From Takakia lepidozioides (lineage: Eukaryota; Plantae; Bryophyta), in the NCBI GenBank assembly GCA_030704615.1, contig CM060734.1, positions 28,892,001 through 28,956,000 on the forward strand: DNA of 64,000 nucleotides. The letters are read 5' to 3'. A program made the translations under genes and the position numbers. The notes beneath the pieces are model-generated. The model did not search any database and was not told the DNA's origin. It was given only the letters and a program-made list of their open reading frames with translations. Positions 39,358 to 49,692 of this stretch are shown here, piece by piece. The stretch's first letter is position 1, and every line of letters starts with the position of its first letter.

Positions 39358-40121
39358 CTATTCACGATGGGAGTCCAATCCCATTTCTACCAATGTCTTG
39401 TGCCTTGTCTAGTTCCAATTCCCGAGGGTGAGCCTTGTTGAAAAACAAGCCTAGGACCTGTGAACAATGCTTTGTTTATAGAAGCTCACCACCCAACCTT
39501 AGAACCACCACAATCAAGAGTGTGTCATAAAACAACTTCTCTGTGGTTCACCCCCAAGAGGTTAGCTATTTCATGAGCATGAGCGGCATGAGCGGCATGA
39601 GCGGAGTAGTAAGACAATCGGTTTTCATGAGTAGAAGTACAAATTTCGAAAATAAAAAACAATAAAAAATATTAATTTAATGCAATGTGTCAGGAAAAAC
39701 AAATATATTATTCGGCCCCTTGAAGGGAAATTTGTAGTTTTGACAGTTGTGCTCATGATATTTCGTCTTCCGCTCATGCCAATTCCCAGCGACATGTGCA
39801 AATATGGCACTGAATTTCGCGGTAATAGGGTCCGTAACCTGAAAAAACGGCGACGTATTTCGCGGTAATAGGTCTCTCTGGCGAAAAATGGTGCCGAATT
39901 CCGCGGCTATAGGTCCCCTCATGACAGGTAATTCGGCGCCATTTTTCCAGTGCATGTTCGGACTTAGCCAGCTTTTGGCGCAAAATAGGGAAATTCGGCG
40001 CCATTTTTCCAGACACTGTACCAGTGCATGTTGGGACTTAGCCAGTTTTCGGCCCAAAAAAGAGAAATTCGACGTCATTTTTCCAGACACGGTACCAGTG
40101 CGTGTTGGGACTTAGCCAGTT

Positions 40122-42358
40122 TTCGGCCATGTTTGTCGTGGGCATGTCGGTGTCGGAGTCGAGACACATTTCCTGCACAAGCACATGTTGAGGTTACAAG
40201 CAAGTTACAAATATGGCCAAGAATAATATTCAACGGGACGCGAATTTGTGCAACTCACCTCCCGCATATAGTCGCCAAACTGGAGGAAACGATAATGCCA
40301 CCATGCTAGCCACTGACCATTGCTCCCTCGTCTGATTTCCTTACAGCACCTGACGATGTCCACAAGCCCGTATACATGCAAACTGTGTCTCTGCATCATC
40401 CAAGGTGGGAGCGCGCTTCCACACAAGGCACATGGAACGGTGCTCCTCTCTGAAATCTGGCGCCACGAGCCTGGTTGTGTACTGCGAAAGGCTCTGCAGA
40501 AAATGGAACCCACAAGATCTCTCCTTGCCTTCCATGAGAACATTGGGGTCTTGCCCGTACACCCTTCGGATGGCAGCCCAATTTGCTTGTGCGTTGTCTG
40601 CCATGAAACCACGGAAATTGGGAGGGGGCAATCCCGCCTTGGCTATCTGTTCGTTTATTCCCTGCCAAAGAAGCATCTCCGATTGTGTGTCCTCTCCTTT
40701 CATCTCACAAATAGCAATTGTCATTAGCATCCTGCAGTGGGTGAAGTAGACATGTGCACCCATTGTCACCCACTAGTGATTTGTAATTCGCTTGATATGG
40801 TCGAACATGACCCAACTGTTTGACAAGTCCCCACTCGTCATCCTGTCGTCCAGTTCGACGCCGCTGCCAGGTCCACACGTGGACATTTTGAATACGAAAC
40901 AACGATCTGCCTCAGTCCCTTGTCCTGGAAACCTACTTCCATGAATGTAGTCATATCCACATCGTCGCTTCACCTCCAGAATGGAGTGCATATCCGAGCC
41001 ACGCCCAATTTTCTGTTTGCATGAGACAATGTGGTTTCGGACATTCGGTGAACATACGTGGACACCGACTCCAGCAATGCCTCCATTTCCTTCTCGTCGA
41101 GAGGAACTCTATCGGAGCCGTCTTCCGACATAATTCTGGCCAATGCCATCTTATGGGCGGCTTGGAGCTGTATCTGTTTGGGTTTGGCACCCGGTCTCAA
41201 CTTAACCTCCTCCTGAACGAGCTGCTCTGCTTCGTGGGCAGCCTCCCGCGAGTTCCCCCTCGCCAATTTGTGACAATGGGAACCAACGTGCATGCAAGCT
41301 CGGGTGAGGTCAGGGAAACGGTGCAACACATATAACTGCTTGGCATTACAAACAGACATGCAGTGTGGTGGTTCTTTGCAATGCGCACACTTAAATGTGG
41401 AGTTCGGAACCTTCTCCTGAGCTCGAAATGGTTGATGAGCTGTGCCTGTCCAATCGGTCTCGTTCCTGTGACCTCTGGATTTAAAGTGGACGCAAGTTGG
41501 GGAGAAACACCACAACGCGCCCGCACAAACAACGTAGCGCACCCGCACACCATCGAGCATCTTCATGCTGGTGATTTTGGTAACGCACCAAGGATGACCG
41601 TCATGTTTTCTATCCATATCTGTCAACATTCCGGACGCCCTCGAGTAGTCCGCCCGAGGAGGGAACTCAAAGAAGATATTACCATCGACGTCGGCGGGAA
41701 GGCATGTAACCGATTTAATTGCAAACTTGTTGTAGTCCAGCCCGGCCAGCTCCGACCGGTGTCCCTCCAGGTGAAGCCCTCGCAGAATTTCAAGAATAGA
41801 TCGAACTGCGGTGCTCGTGCTGGGAATATGACTCCCTCCTCCACTGACGTCCATTGAGGACTTGCCTGATCTCCAGGACGACCTCGGAACTTCCATGACC
41901 TCGTCTGAGTCGGACAGGTTGTGAACAACCCGGTTCTCGCTCGTCTTCATGGATGGGTTCGGCTCTGGATTTACTTCGTTGCGGACTTCTCTCTTTGAGG
42001 TAGCCACTCTCTGATTCGCGGATTGTTTCGTGGAAGGCGCCAGGATAGAAGGTGCATTTGGCGGGCAAATGAAGTCCCCAACAGCCCTGTATATGACGTT
42101 GTCCGATGGTGGAACTCGCCATTCCCTGCCATCGCCGAAATCATCGTGGAGCACAACAATACTCTCGACAACAAGGCCGTTTGAGTCCTTCATTTCCTCC
42201 TCCAAAAAAACCGACCCCGGTTTCAGGTGGTATCGAACGCACAAATATTTCTCCATCACCTGGCAGATGTCCCCTCTGCACGGAAATGAAGCTCTATGCT
42301 CGTGAAGAGGGCAGTACACTGTAGCGCTCGGGTTTTCCGCCATGAGAGATGTGCACAC
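40122..42358 (-). pseudogene. MULE-type DDE transposase with N-terminal GCM/WRKY-like Cys/His domain
   Basis: DGHPW...CAGALWCFSPTC...CAHC...C...C...HVGSHCH; MFDHIKR (D1), FMADNAQAN (D2), SCGFH (CxxH), an intron, then TTNMAE (E); stop at 40773 and a frameshift near 40975. Confidence 0.82.
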
Positions 42359-42644
42359 AAGACTGCCAGGATGGCGTGCGGGGAAGCTCCCTGGTAGAAG
42401 GGGGATGCAGCGATGGGAAGGAATGCGGTGCCGATTTGTCCGAGCGACGAAGCCTGATCCAAATCCAAGGAGCCAACTATCTCAAAAATCCAGAGTCAGA
42501 GTGTTAATGAACCTTGTCTCCGGAATGCGGCCCCTGGGCTTTGCGCAATAACTGCCAACGGTATGCAGTCAGAAAGTGGGGGCCGTCCGGATGATGTCGG
42601 CTAAAGGGGAGAAGCCGGCACCGTGCCGTCACATTACTACACCC

Positions 42645-44800
42645 GAATGGAAATTCGGCACCCAATACCCAACAGGGGCCGCACGGATGAAGTCGTCTGG
42701 GGCAGAGATGCCGGCACCTGTCCGACAGAAAACATCCCCCGGATGGAAATTCAGCGCCGAATTTCCATTCGGATCCACCCAAAGGAAGTCCTGTCGGGGG
42801 TCAGGCCGAAAACTGACCGACCTAAAAACCTCCGCGGATGGAAAAACGGCGCCGAATTTCCATCCGAGGCCTTTCGGATGCAGTCGGCTCGGGGGAAAGG
42901 CCGCCATCTGGCCCTCACATTACAACCCCCGGACGGAAATTCGGCACCGAATATACAACAGGGGAAGCCCGGATGAAGTCGCCTCGGGCGCAGAGGCCGG
43001 CGCGTGTGCGACAGAGAACATCCCCTGGATGGACATTCGGCGCCGAATTTCCATCCGGGCCCCCCCAAAGGAAGTCGTGTCGGGGGGTCAGGCCGAAAAC
43101 TGGCCGGCATAAAAACATCCCCAGATGGAAAAAAACGGCGCCGAATTTCCATCTGGGGCGGTTCGGATGCAGTCGGGGAGGGGGGAGAGGCCGGCACCTG
43201 GCCGTCACATTTCAACCCCCGGACGGAAATTCGGCACCGAATATCCAATAGGGGACGCCCGGATGAAGTCGCCTCGGGCGTAGAGGCCGGCACCGTGTTC
43301 GACAGAGAGCATCCCCTATATGGAGATTCGGCGCCGAATTTCCATCCGGGCCCCCCAAAGAAAGTCGTGTCGGGGGGTCAGGCCGAAAACTGGCCGACAT
43401 AAAAACCTCCCCAGATGGAAAAACGGCGCCGAATTTCCATCCGGGGCCGTTCCAATGCAGTCAGGGAGGGGGGGAGAGGCCGGCACCTGGCCGTCATATT
43501 TCAACCCCCGGACGGAAATTCGGCACCGAATATCCAACAGAGCGGCGGAGAGGCCGACACCTCTCCGACAGAGACCATCCCCCGGATGGAAATTCGGCGC
43601 CGAATTTCCATCGGGACCCCCTCAAAGGAAGTCATAAAAACCTCCCAGAATGGAAAAACGGCGCCGAATTTCCGTCCGAGGCTGTTCCGATTTGCCTCTA
43701 GCAGTCAAGGATTCCAAGAAAAACGTGTCTACAAGTGCACTTCAGCCACAAAACAAACAGTTAGGTTGGACACGCTCAGAATTACCTGCAGGAAGGTAAT
43801 TCAGCGCTTCGAAATACTGGCGAATGGAAATTCGGCGCTGAATATCCATACGCCAGCGATCCGACTTACCTGCTGGATGGAAATTCGGCGCCGGATTTCC
43901 ATCCATCCGCGATTCGAGTTACCTGCAGGATGGAAATTCGGCGCCGAATATCCATACGCCAGCGATCTGACTTACCTGCTGGATGGAAATTCGGCGCCGG
44001 ATTTCCATCCATCCGCGATTCGAGTTACCTGCAAGATGGAAATTCGGCGCCGAATATCCATACGCCAACGATCCGACTTACCTGCTGGATGGAAATTCGG
44101 CGCCGGATTTCCATCCATCTGGGATTCGAATTATCTGCAGGATGGAAATTCGGCGCCGAATATCCATACGCCAGCGATCCGACTTACCTGCTGGATGGAA
44201 ATTCGGCGCAGGATTTCCATCCATCCGCGATTCGAGTTACCTGCAGGATGGAAATTCGGCGCCGGATCTCCATCCATCCGGGATTCGAATTACCTGTAGG
44301 ATGGAAATTTGGCGCCGGATCTCCATCCATCCGCTCTCCGACCAACCTTGCGGATGGAAATCCGGCACCGGATCTCCATCCATCCGCTCTCCGACCAACC
44401 TTGCGGATGGAAATCCGGCACCGGATCTCCATCCATCCGCCTCCGAATTACCTGCTTGAAGGAAATTTTGCACGCCGCCCTACCTGCGCGGATGGAAATC
44501 CGGCGCCGGATTTCCATCCATCTGCCTCCGAATTACCTGCGTGAGGGAAATTTGGCGCGCCACCCGACCTGCGCGGATGGAAATCCGGCGCCAGATTTCC
44601 ATCCATCCGCTTCCGAATCACCTGCGTGAGGGAAATTTGGCGCGCCGCCCTACCGAATTTGCAGCGCCGACTTACCTGGAGGATGGAAATCCGGCGCCGG
44701 ATTTCCATCCATCCGCGCTCCGAATTACCTGCATGATGGAAATTTTGCGCGCCGACCTACCTTGTGGATGGAAATCCGGCGCCGGATTTCTATCCATCCG
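42645..44800. repeat. Array of ~30 copies of the 30-bp palindrome GGATGGAAATTCGGCGCCGAATTTCCATCC
   Basis: ~96-bp spacing with a 3-unit higher-order repeat at 42645-43680; 53-bp spacing with alternating spacers at 43822-44430; degenerate copies to 44800. Confidence 0.97.
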
Positions 44801-44855
44801 CTCTTCGAATTAGCTGCATGAAGAGAGTGCGGGGATTGCACCAGGTCTACCTCAG

Positions 44856-45850
44856 TTGTCACCATCGGATACCACACCGATTCTGTGGCAGTATCCGGAT
44901 GAAGGCATTTGCCTTCTGGACTTGTTTGGTGGGCTCAGCACCGGATTGGCTGTTGTTCTACAGGCAAGTGTACAAGTTCGGCGTTACTTGTATGTGGAGA
45001 GGGATGAGACTGCACGACGCGTCTCACTCCGTCATGTTGCTTAGTTAGTGCAGCAGTACCTTGAGTTGTTGCCGGTGTCTGCAGTTCGTGGATATCAGCA
45101 GGCCTTGCCAGCAGACATTTTGTTGCTGGGGGCGCAGGATTTGGGGCGGGTTGGCTCCATTGATCTGGTAGTGGCAGGTTGGCCCTCCCAAGGGCATTCA
45201 TCAGCCGGGCATAGCAATGGATTGCGAGACTCGAGGTCGGGTCTGTTTTGGGAGATGGTGCGGGTTTTGCGCCACTTACAGCTTCATCAAGCTGTATTTC
45301 CAGCATACATATTAGAGAATGTGCCACTGTTGGGTGATTCTCGGGCCAGGGCGATGACCAGTGTGCATCAAGTCTGGTCGTGGCTTGGGTCAGCAGTGTT
45401 GCTGGATGCAGCTGCAGTGGGGTCACGGGCTCATCGTCCACGGTTATGGTGGACTAACTTGATACCACTCGCACTGCTCAAGCGTGCATTTGATGGGGTG
45501 CAGCGGCTAGCACACCTCACAGTGGATAGCATTTTGGACACAGGGAGATAGTCTCAACGTGTGAGACACGATGACCGTTTGCCTTTGGCAATGGTCAACA
45601 AGGTGAAGCACGAGCAGCACTACCTACACTGCTCAGTTTCCCAGAATCGCATGCTTTCGGGGATAGTGGATCTCGCCTCCTGTGGGATGCTCCGTTGCAG
45701 CAGTTAGTGGAGCCTAATGCCGACAAGCAAGAGCGGGCTATGGGTTTTTCCACTGGGACCATGGCGGTGCCTTCTCTTTCTGAGGCATCACGTCGTCAGG
45801 TGTTGGGGCAAGCGATGGATCTCAATTGCTTGATCTGGATTATTAGCTTG
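44856..45850 (+). pseudogene. C5 DNA cytosine methyltransferase domain within retrotransposon pol
   Basis: Motif I LDLFGG, II YVERD, IV DLVVAGWPSQG (canonical PC), DSRSGLF, VI YILENV, VIII AHRPRLWW, IX ERAMGF, X VLGQAMD; stops at 45042 and 45549 and a frameshift near 45610. Confidence 0.93.
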
Positions 45851-46733
45851 GCTATGGCTGAGCAACGTAGAGTGCGGAGTGCACTTCCCTTGACGGTCTC
45901 TCTGCCTACCGAGACGGTACAGGCAGTGAGTGGGGGCGAGCCGGTAAGGACCACGGGGTGTAGACATCCATGGCACACGTGGGAGGTGCTCGAGGTTCAG
46001 AGGGAGTTGGCAGCCAAGGCTGCTGTGATGGATGAGGTTGGGGATTCTTCTCGGGTCGAGGAGGTCCTCAAGGATAAGATGATGGGGCAGGATGAGGCAT
46101 TGTCATTGACTGAGCAAGCACGGAATACTGCTCATGAGGTTGCGGCATAGCAACCACGGGACGCGTCTCCTACCTCTAAGTCTGCTGGACTTAAGGTTGC
46201 AGTTACGGAGGACAATTAGGAGCCTGACATTGGACCCATTGTCACTGGAGGAGAGAGACGACGTATACGGCGGTTCCTAGGCTTACAAGAATTGTTTTGC
46301 TTCTTGTGCTACGGTGGAGGAGCATGAGAGACATGTTCAGGTGTGCATCGACCGGGTTTGGACAATAGGGATGCGGATGCATTGAGTCGCAATCCATGCA
46401 CGAGCCAGCAGGATGACACTGGAGCTCGGTGGCATAGTGAGACGGATGAGGAGATGGTGTCGGGATGGAATGCATTTGCCTTTTTGTGTATCTTGGCATC
46501 GAGAGGTCAGGTTGGACCTACAACAGGGATGACTGTAGACGGAGTGTCTGAGGACCCTGAGGCTAGTGATGAGTCAGGTGGTGCCAGAGATATACATGAG
46601 GATTCGGTTGTGTTGGACTACCTCCGCACTGGAGACACGACAGCTAGTGTGACTGCCAAGGCGAGGGATCGGATCCTGTAACGAGCCAAGAGGTTCAAGT
46701 GGGAGGGGATATACATGCTTCGAGTGTGGGAGG

Positions 46734-48023
46734 ATGGTCGGGTGGATCGTGCCTCACCCAACACAGCGTGCATGGTTAGTGCGGCATGCCCATGAGGAGT
46801 TGGGGCATTTTGGAGTGCGACGCACTCATAGTCTACTGCAGGGGCAGTATTGGTGGCGTGTTATGCACACAGAGGTGCAACAGTTTGTGGCTAGGTGCAT
46901 GGTGTGTGACAGGGTGCGTGCTTCATTCAACGCCCCTACACCACAGTTGCATCCTTTATCCATCATGGGATTGGGCTACAGGTGGAGTCTTGACTTCGTA
47001 GGGCCGTTGCCACTGACGATGCGCCACCACAGATATGTGTTGGTGATGGTGGAGCACTTCTCCAAGTGGATTGAGTTGGTTCCATTTCCTGACAAGGCTA
47101 GTGAGGGGGCTGCGTATGCATTCCTGGATCGTGTGCTTAGCCGATTCGGTGCTCCAGCTGAGGTACTCACGGACCAAGGGAGAGAGTTCTTGGGGGAGTT
47201 TCAGGCTTTGTGTGATAAAGCCTTGATAGACCACCGTACCACTTCTCGGGATCATCCTGAGGCCGATGGCTTGGCAAAGAGAGTGGTGCAGACGGTATTG
47301 CGCAAGTATGGCTTGCAAAAGGGACACCTAGGAAATTGGGATCTTCAGGTACCTTGGTTAGCCATGGGCTACAGGTTTAGTAAACAAGCATCACTTGCCT
47401 CCTTCTCACCATATTTCCTTGTCTTTGGCCGAGAGCCAGATTTGCCTACCTCTATTCGCATGGAGGCTGCAGTAGTCCTCAACCTTGATGATCCGGATGT
47501 GTGGACATAAGCATGTGCCCAGCGGGCAGAGTTGTTCAAAAGAGTCATGCCTATGGCTTTTGAGAACCTTGCTATTGCCCAACATCGAGACACATTGAGG
47601 TATGCCACTATACGTGGAGGGGGATATCGGCCAGGTGTTTGGCGTTTCCACCCTGGGGACTATGTGTATCTGCAGCAGACATCGCCTACGACCTTGGATG
47701 TCACAGCAGGACGTGTGATTCTAATGATCAGGGAGGTGTTGCCTTCAGGAGTGTTGATTCTGGAGGGTCGAAATGACATGGTATGGAAGGACCATGTGCG
47801 CAATTGTGCGCCATGTCACCTTCCACATGTGGATGGGAGGATAGATCCCAACCTTGCAGTGGTACCTGCAGGATTGCGTTGCATGCTATGTGGGCATGCT
47901 CGTGGTGCCGCCACTATGCTGGTGTGTGATCGATGCTCAAGAGGTTGGCACATGGGATGTTTGACACCACCTCTTGAGAGGGTTCCTGATGGAGATTGGT
48001 TATGTCCACACTGCTTGGGATAG
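46734..48023 (+). pseudogene. Retrotransposon integrase with C-terminal PHD finger
   Basis: HEELGH...CMVC zinc finger; WSLDF, LTDQG, GLAKR (catalytic E>K); PHD CMLC...CDRC...HMGC...WLCPHC (C4HC3) at ~47880-48014; one stop at 47508. Confidence 0.95.
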
Positions 48024-48284
48024 TGGCAGTGGATATGACCAGTGGCAGCTAACAAGACATGGGAGGCCAAGCTCATATGAGTCAAATACCCGAGATCTCA
48101 GGCTCAAGTTCACAGGTTGCAAGACGGCGACTAACGATGGGGCAACTCTTGTACCCGGCCTCTTGATCTATTGAGTTTGAGTGTAGTAGGAACAGTGGTG
48201 GAGGACTTAGGGAGGCTATGGCCACTATCACATCTTGTGGCTATCTGGATTTAGAGGGACCGAAGCGCCAGCTAGGGGGGCGAT

Positions 48285-48493
48285 TGTGATGGACTAGTGG
48301 CAGCCTAGTGATGGACTAGTGGCTGCACTAGTGGTGGCTAATGACAGCCTAGTGGTGGACTAGTGGTTGCACTAGTGGCATGACTAGCGGTGCACTAGTG
48401 GTGGACTAGTGATAGACTAGTGTTTGGTATGCACATGTGTTGTGTGGTTTTGGACAGCGATGTAGTTGTGTAGCGATATGTATGCGCACGACA
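48285..48493 (+). repeat. 3' LTR (209 bp) of the DNMT-carrying element
   Basis: TGTGATGG...CACGACA directly after the PPT; second copy at 48813-48999. Confidence 0.8.
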
Positions 48494-48812
48494 GCTGTCA
48501 AGTTATTTTATCACTAATGTGAAGTTAACTAGGAAATAGCTAGTTTTTATATATTGACATTTGGGATTGACCCAAGTGTCAATACAGGGACCAATATATG
48601 TTTGGGCACCTGGCGTTGTTATCTTCACGGCAGATCGCGATGGGCTCATCTTTCTCCAGTTGAGCCTCACCGCGTCTAGCTATGGCGCCGTAGTGTGGAT
48701 TCCCCATGGCGTGGGGTGCACTTGGCTCGACTTAATATATGAATGATGTTTTCATGTGCAAGTATATGAGTTTGAGAGAGCTTGTGTGCTTGTATCATTA
48801 TTTCTTTATCAT

Positions 48813-48999
48813 TGTGATGGACTAGTGGCTGCACTAGTGGTGGCTAGTGGCAGCCTAGTGGTGGACTAGTGGTTGCACTAGTGGCAGGACTAGCGGTGCA
48901 CTAGTGGTGGACTAGTGATAGACTAGTGTTTAGTGTGCACATGTGTTGTGTGGTTTTGGACAACGATGTAGTTGTGTAGCGATATGTATGCGCACGACA
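48813..48999 (+). repeat. Second copy of the same LTR (187 bp)
   Basis: Near-identical to 48285-48493 but lacking two 11-bp units; no TSD visible. Confidence 0.8.
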
Positions 49000-49254
49000 T
49001 GTAGAACAATATATCATTGTCAGATGAGCCAGAGTGCCGTGACCAGTGTGAGTGTGTGAGTGGGTGTATGTAGGAAATAGAAGATAGAGTTATTTTCACT
49101 AGTAGATTAGTTATGTGATTCTGCAATATGATGTCTATGGAGAAATAGAAGGAAAAGAGGAAAGGAAAGAAGTTTAATTTGATGTGCTCTGTGTGAAGAA
49201 ATAGAATGATGGAATGTGAATCCGAATCTGAATGTAATAATTGAAGAATTATGA

Positions 49255-49692
49255 TTGTGTGAGATGGTGAGAATGTGCATCATTGGAAGAGATGAAGATT
49301 ATGTGCGAGAATTAATCGCTGGACTACCAAGAGATGTATCGATTATGATATTTAAGAGTCTATCCTGTAATGATGCAGAATTAGTGCAAATAGAGAGTGT
49401 AAGTAAAACCTGGTACAGGGAGTTATCAATTCCATATAGACATTGTCATCTAAGACGTAAGTGAATCTAGATGTGGTGCTATCATTTAGATGGATACCCA
49501 GAATATATGAAGGCACGAATCAAAGACTTTGGAGTAGGAAGTCCTCGATTGAATTAAACGAGAAAGATTAATAGTGAAGAAAAGGGCATCTGAATGGAAG
49601 AGTCAAATGATGAGGAAGTAAAAGAATTGTCATAATTGATTACTAATTTACCAAACAATCTGTCGACAAATATTTTTAAGAAGCTTTGTTAA
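49255..49692 (+). pseudogene. Degenerate AT-rich ORF with one full and one truncated F-box-like motif
   Basis: IAGLPRDVSIMIFKSLS..ELVQIESVSKTW and ITNLPNNLSTNIFKKL. Confidence 0.6.

Larger units (their letters stand above)
39558..44810 (-). mobile_element. Mutator-like element copy 2 (internal deletion; far end not seen)
   Basis: Same terminus as 34033, followed by the 5' two-thirds of the transposase and a palindromic repeat array. Confidence 0.85.
44815..48493 (+). mobile_element. Gypsy-type LTR retrotransposon remnant carrying DNMT and integrase-PHD; 5' LTR, gag and most of RT/RNase H missing
   Basis: Order: DNMT, RT remnant (TVEEHERHV), RNase H end (HRPGLDNRDADALSR), integrase, PHD, polypurine tract (AGGGGGG at 48274-48280), TG...CA LTR. 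Confidence 0.92.

Noticed and set aside
42645-44800. CRISPR-like array of palindromic repeats
   Set aside because: Spacers are themselves repeated in higher-order units, repeats vary, there are no cas genes and the context is eukaryotic.
42500-44813. Many overlapping ORFs (MEIRRRISI repeats)
   Set aside because: By-products of the palindromic repeat, present in several frames on both strands.
44856-45850. Host DNMT3/DRM gene or bacterial restriction-modification contamination
   Set aside because: Intronless, no host N-terminal domains, motifs not permuted as in DRM, and collinear with retrotransposon pol and LTR.
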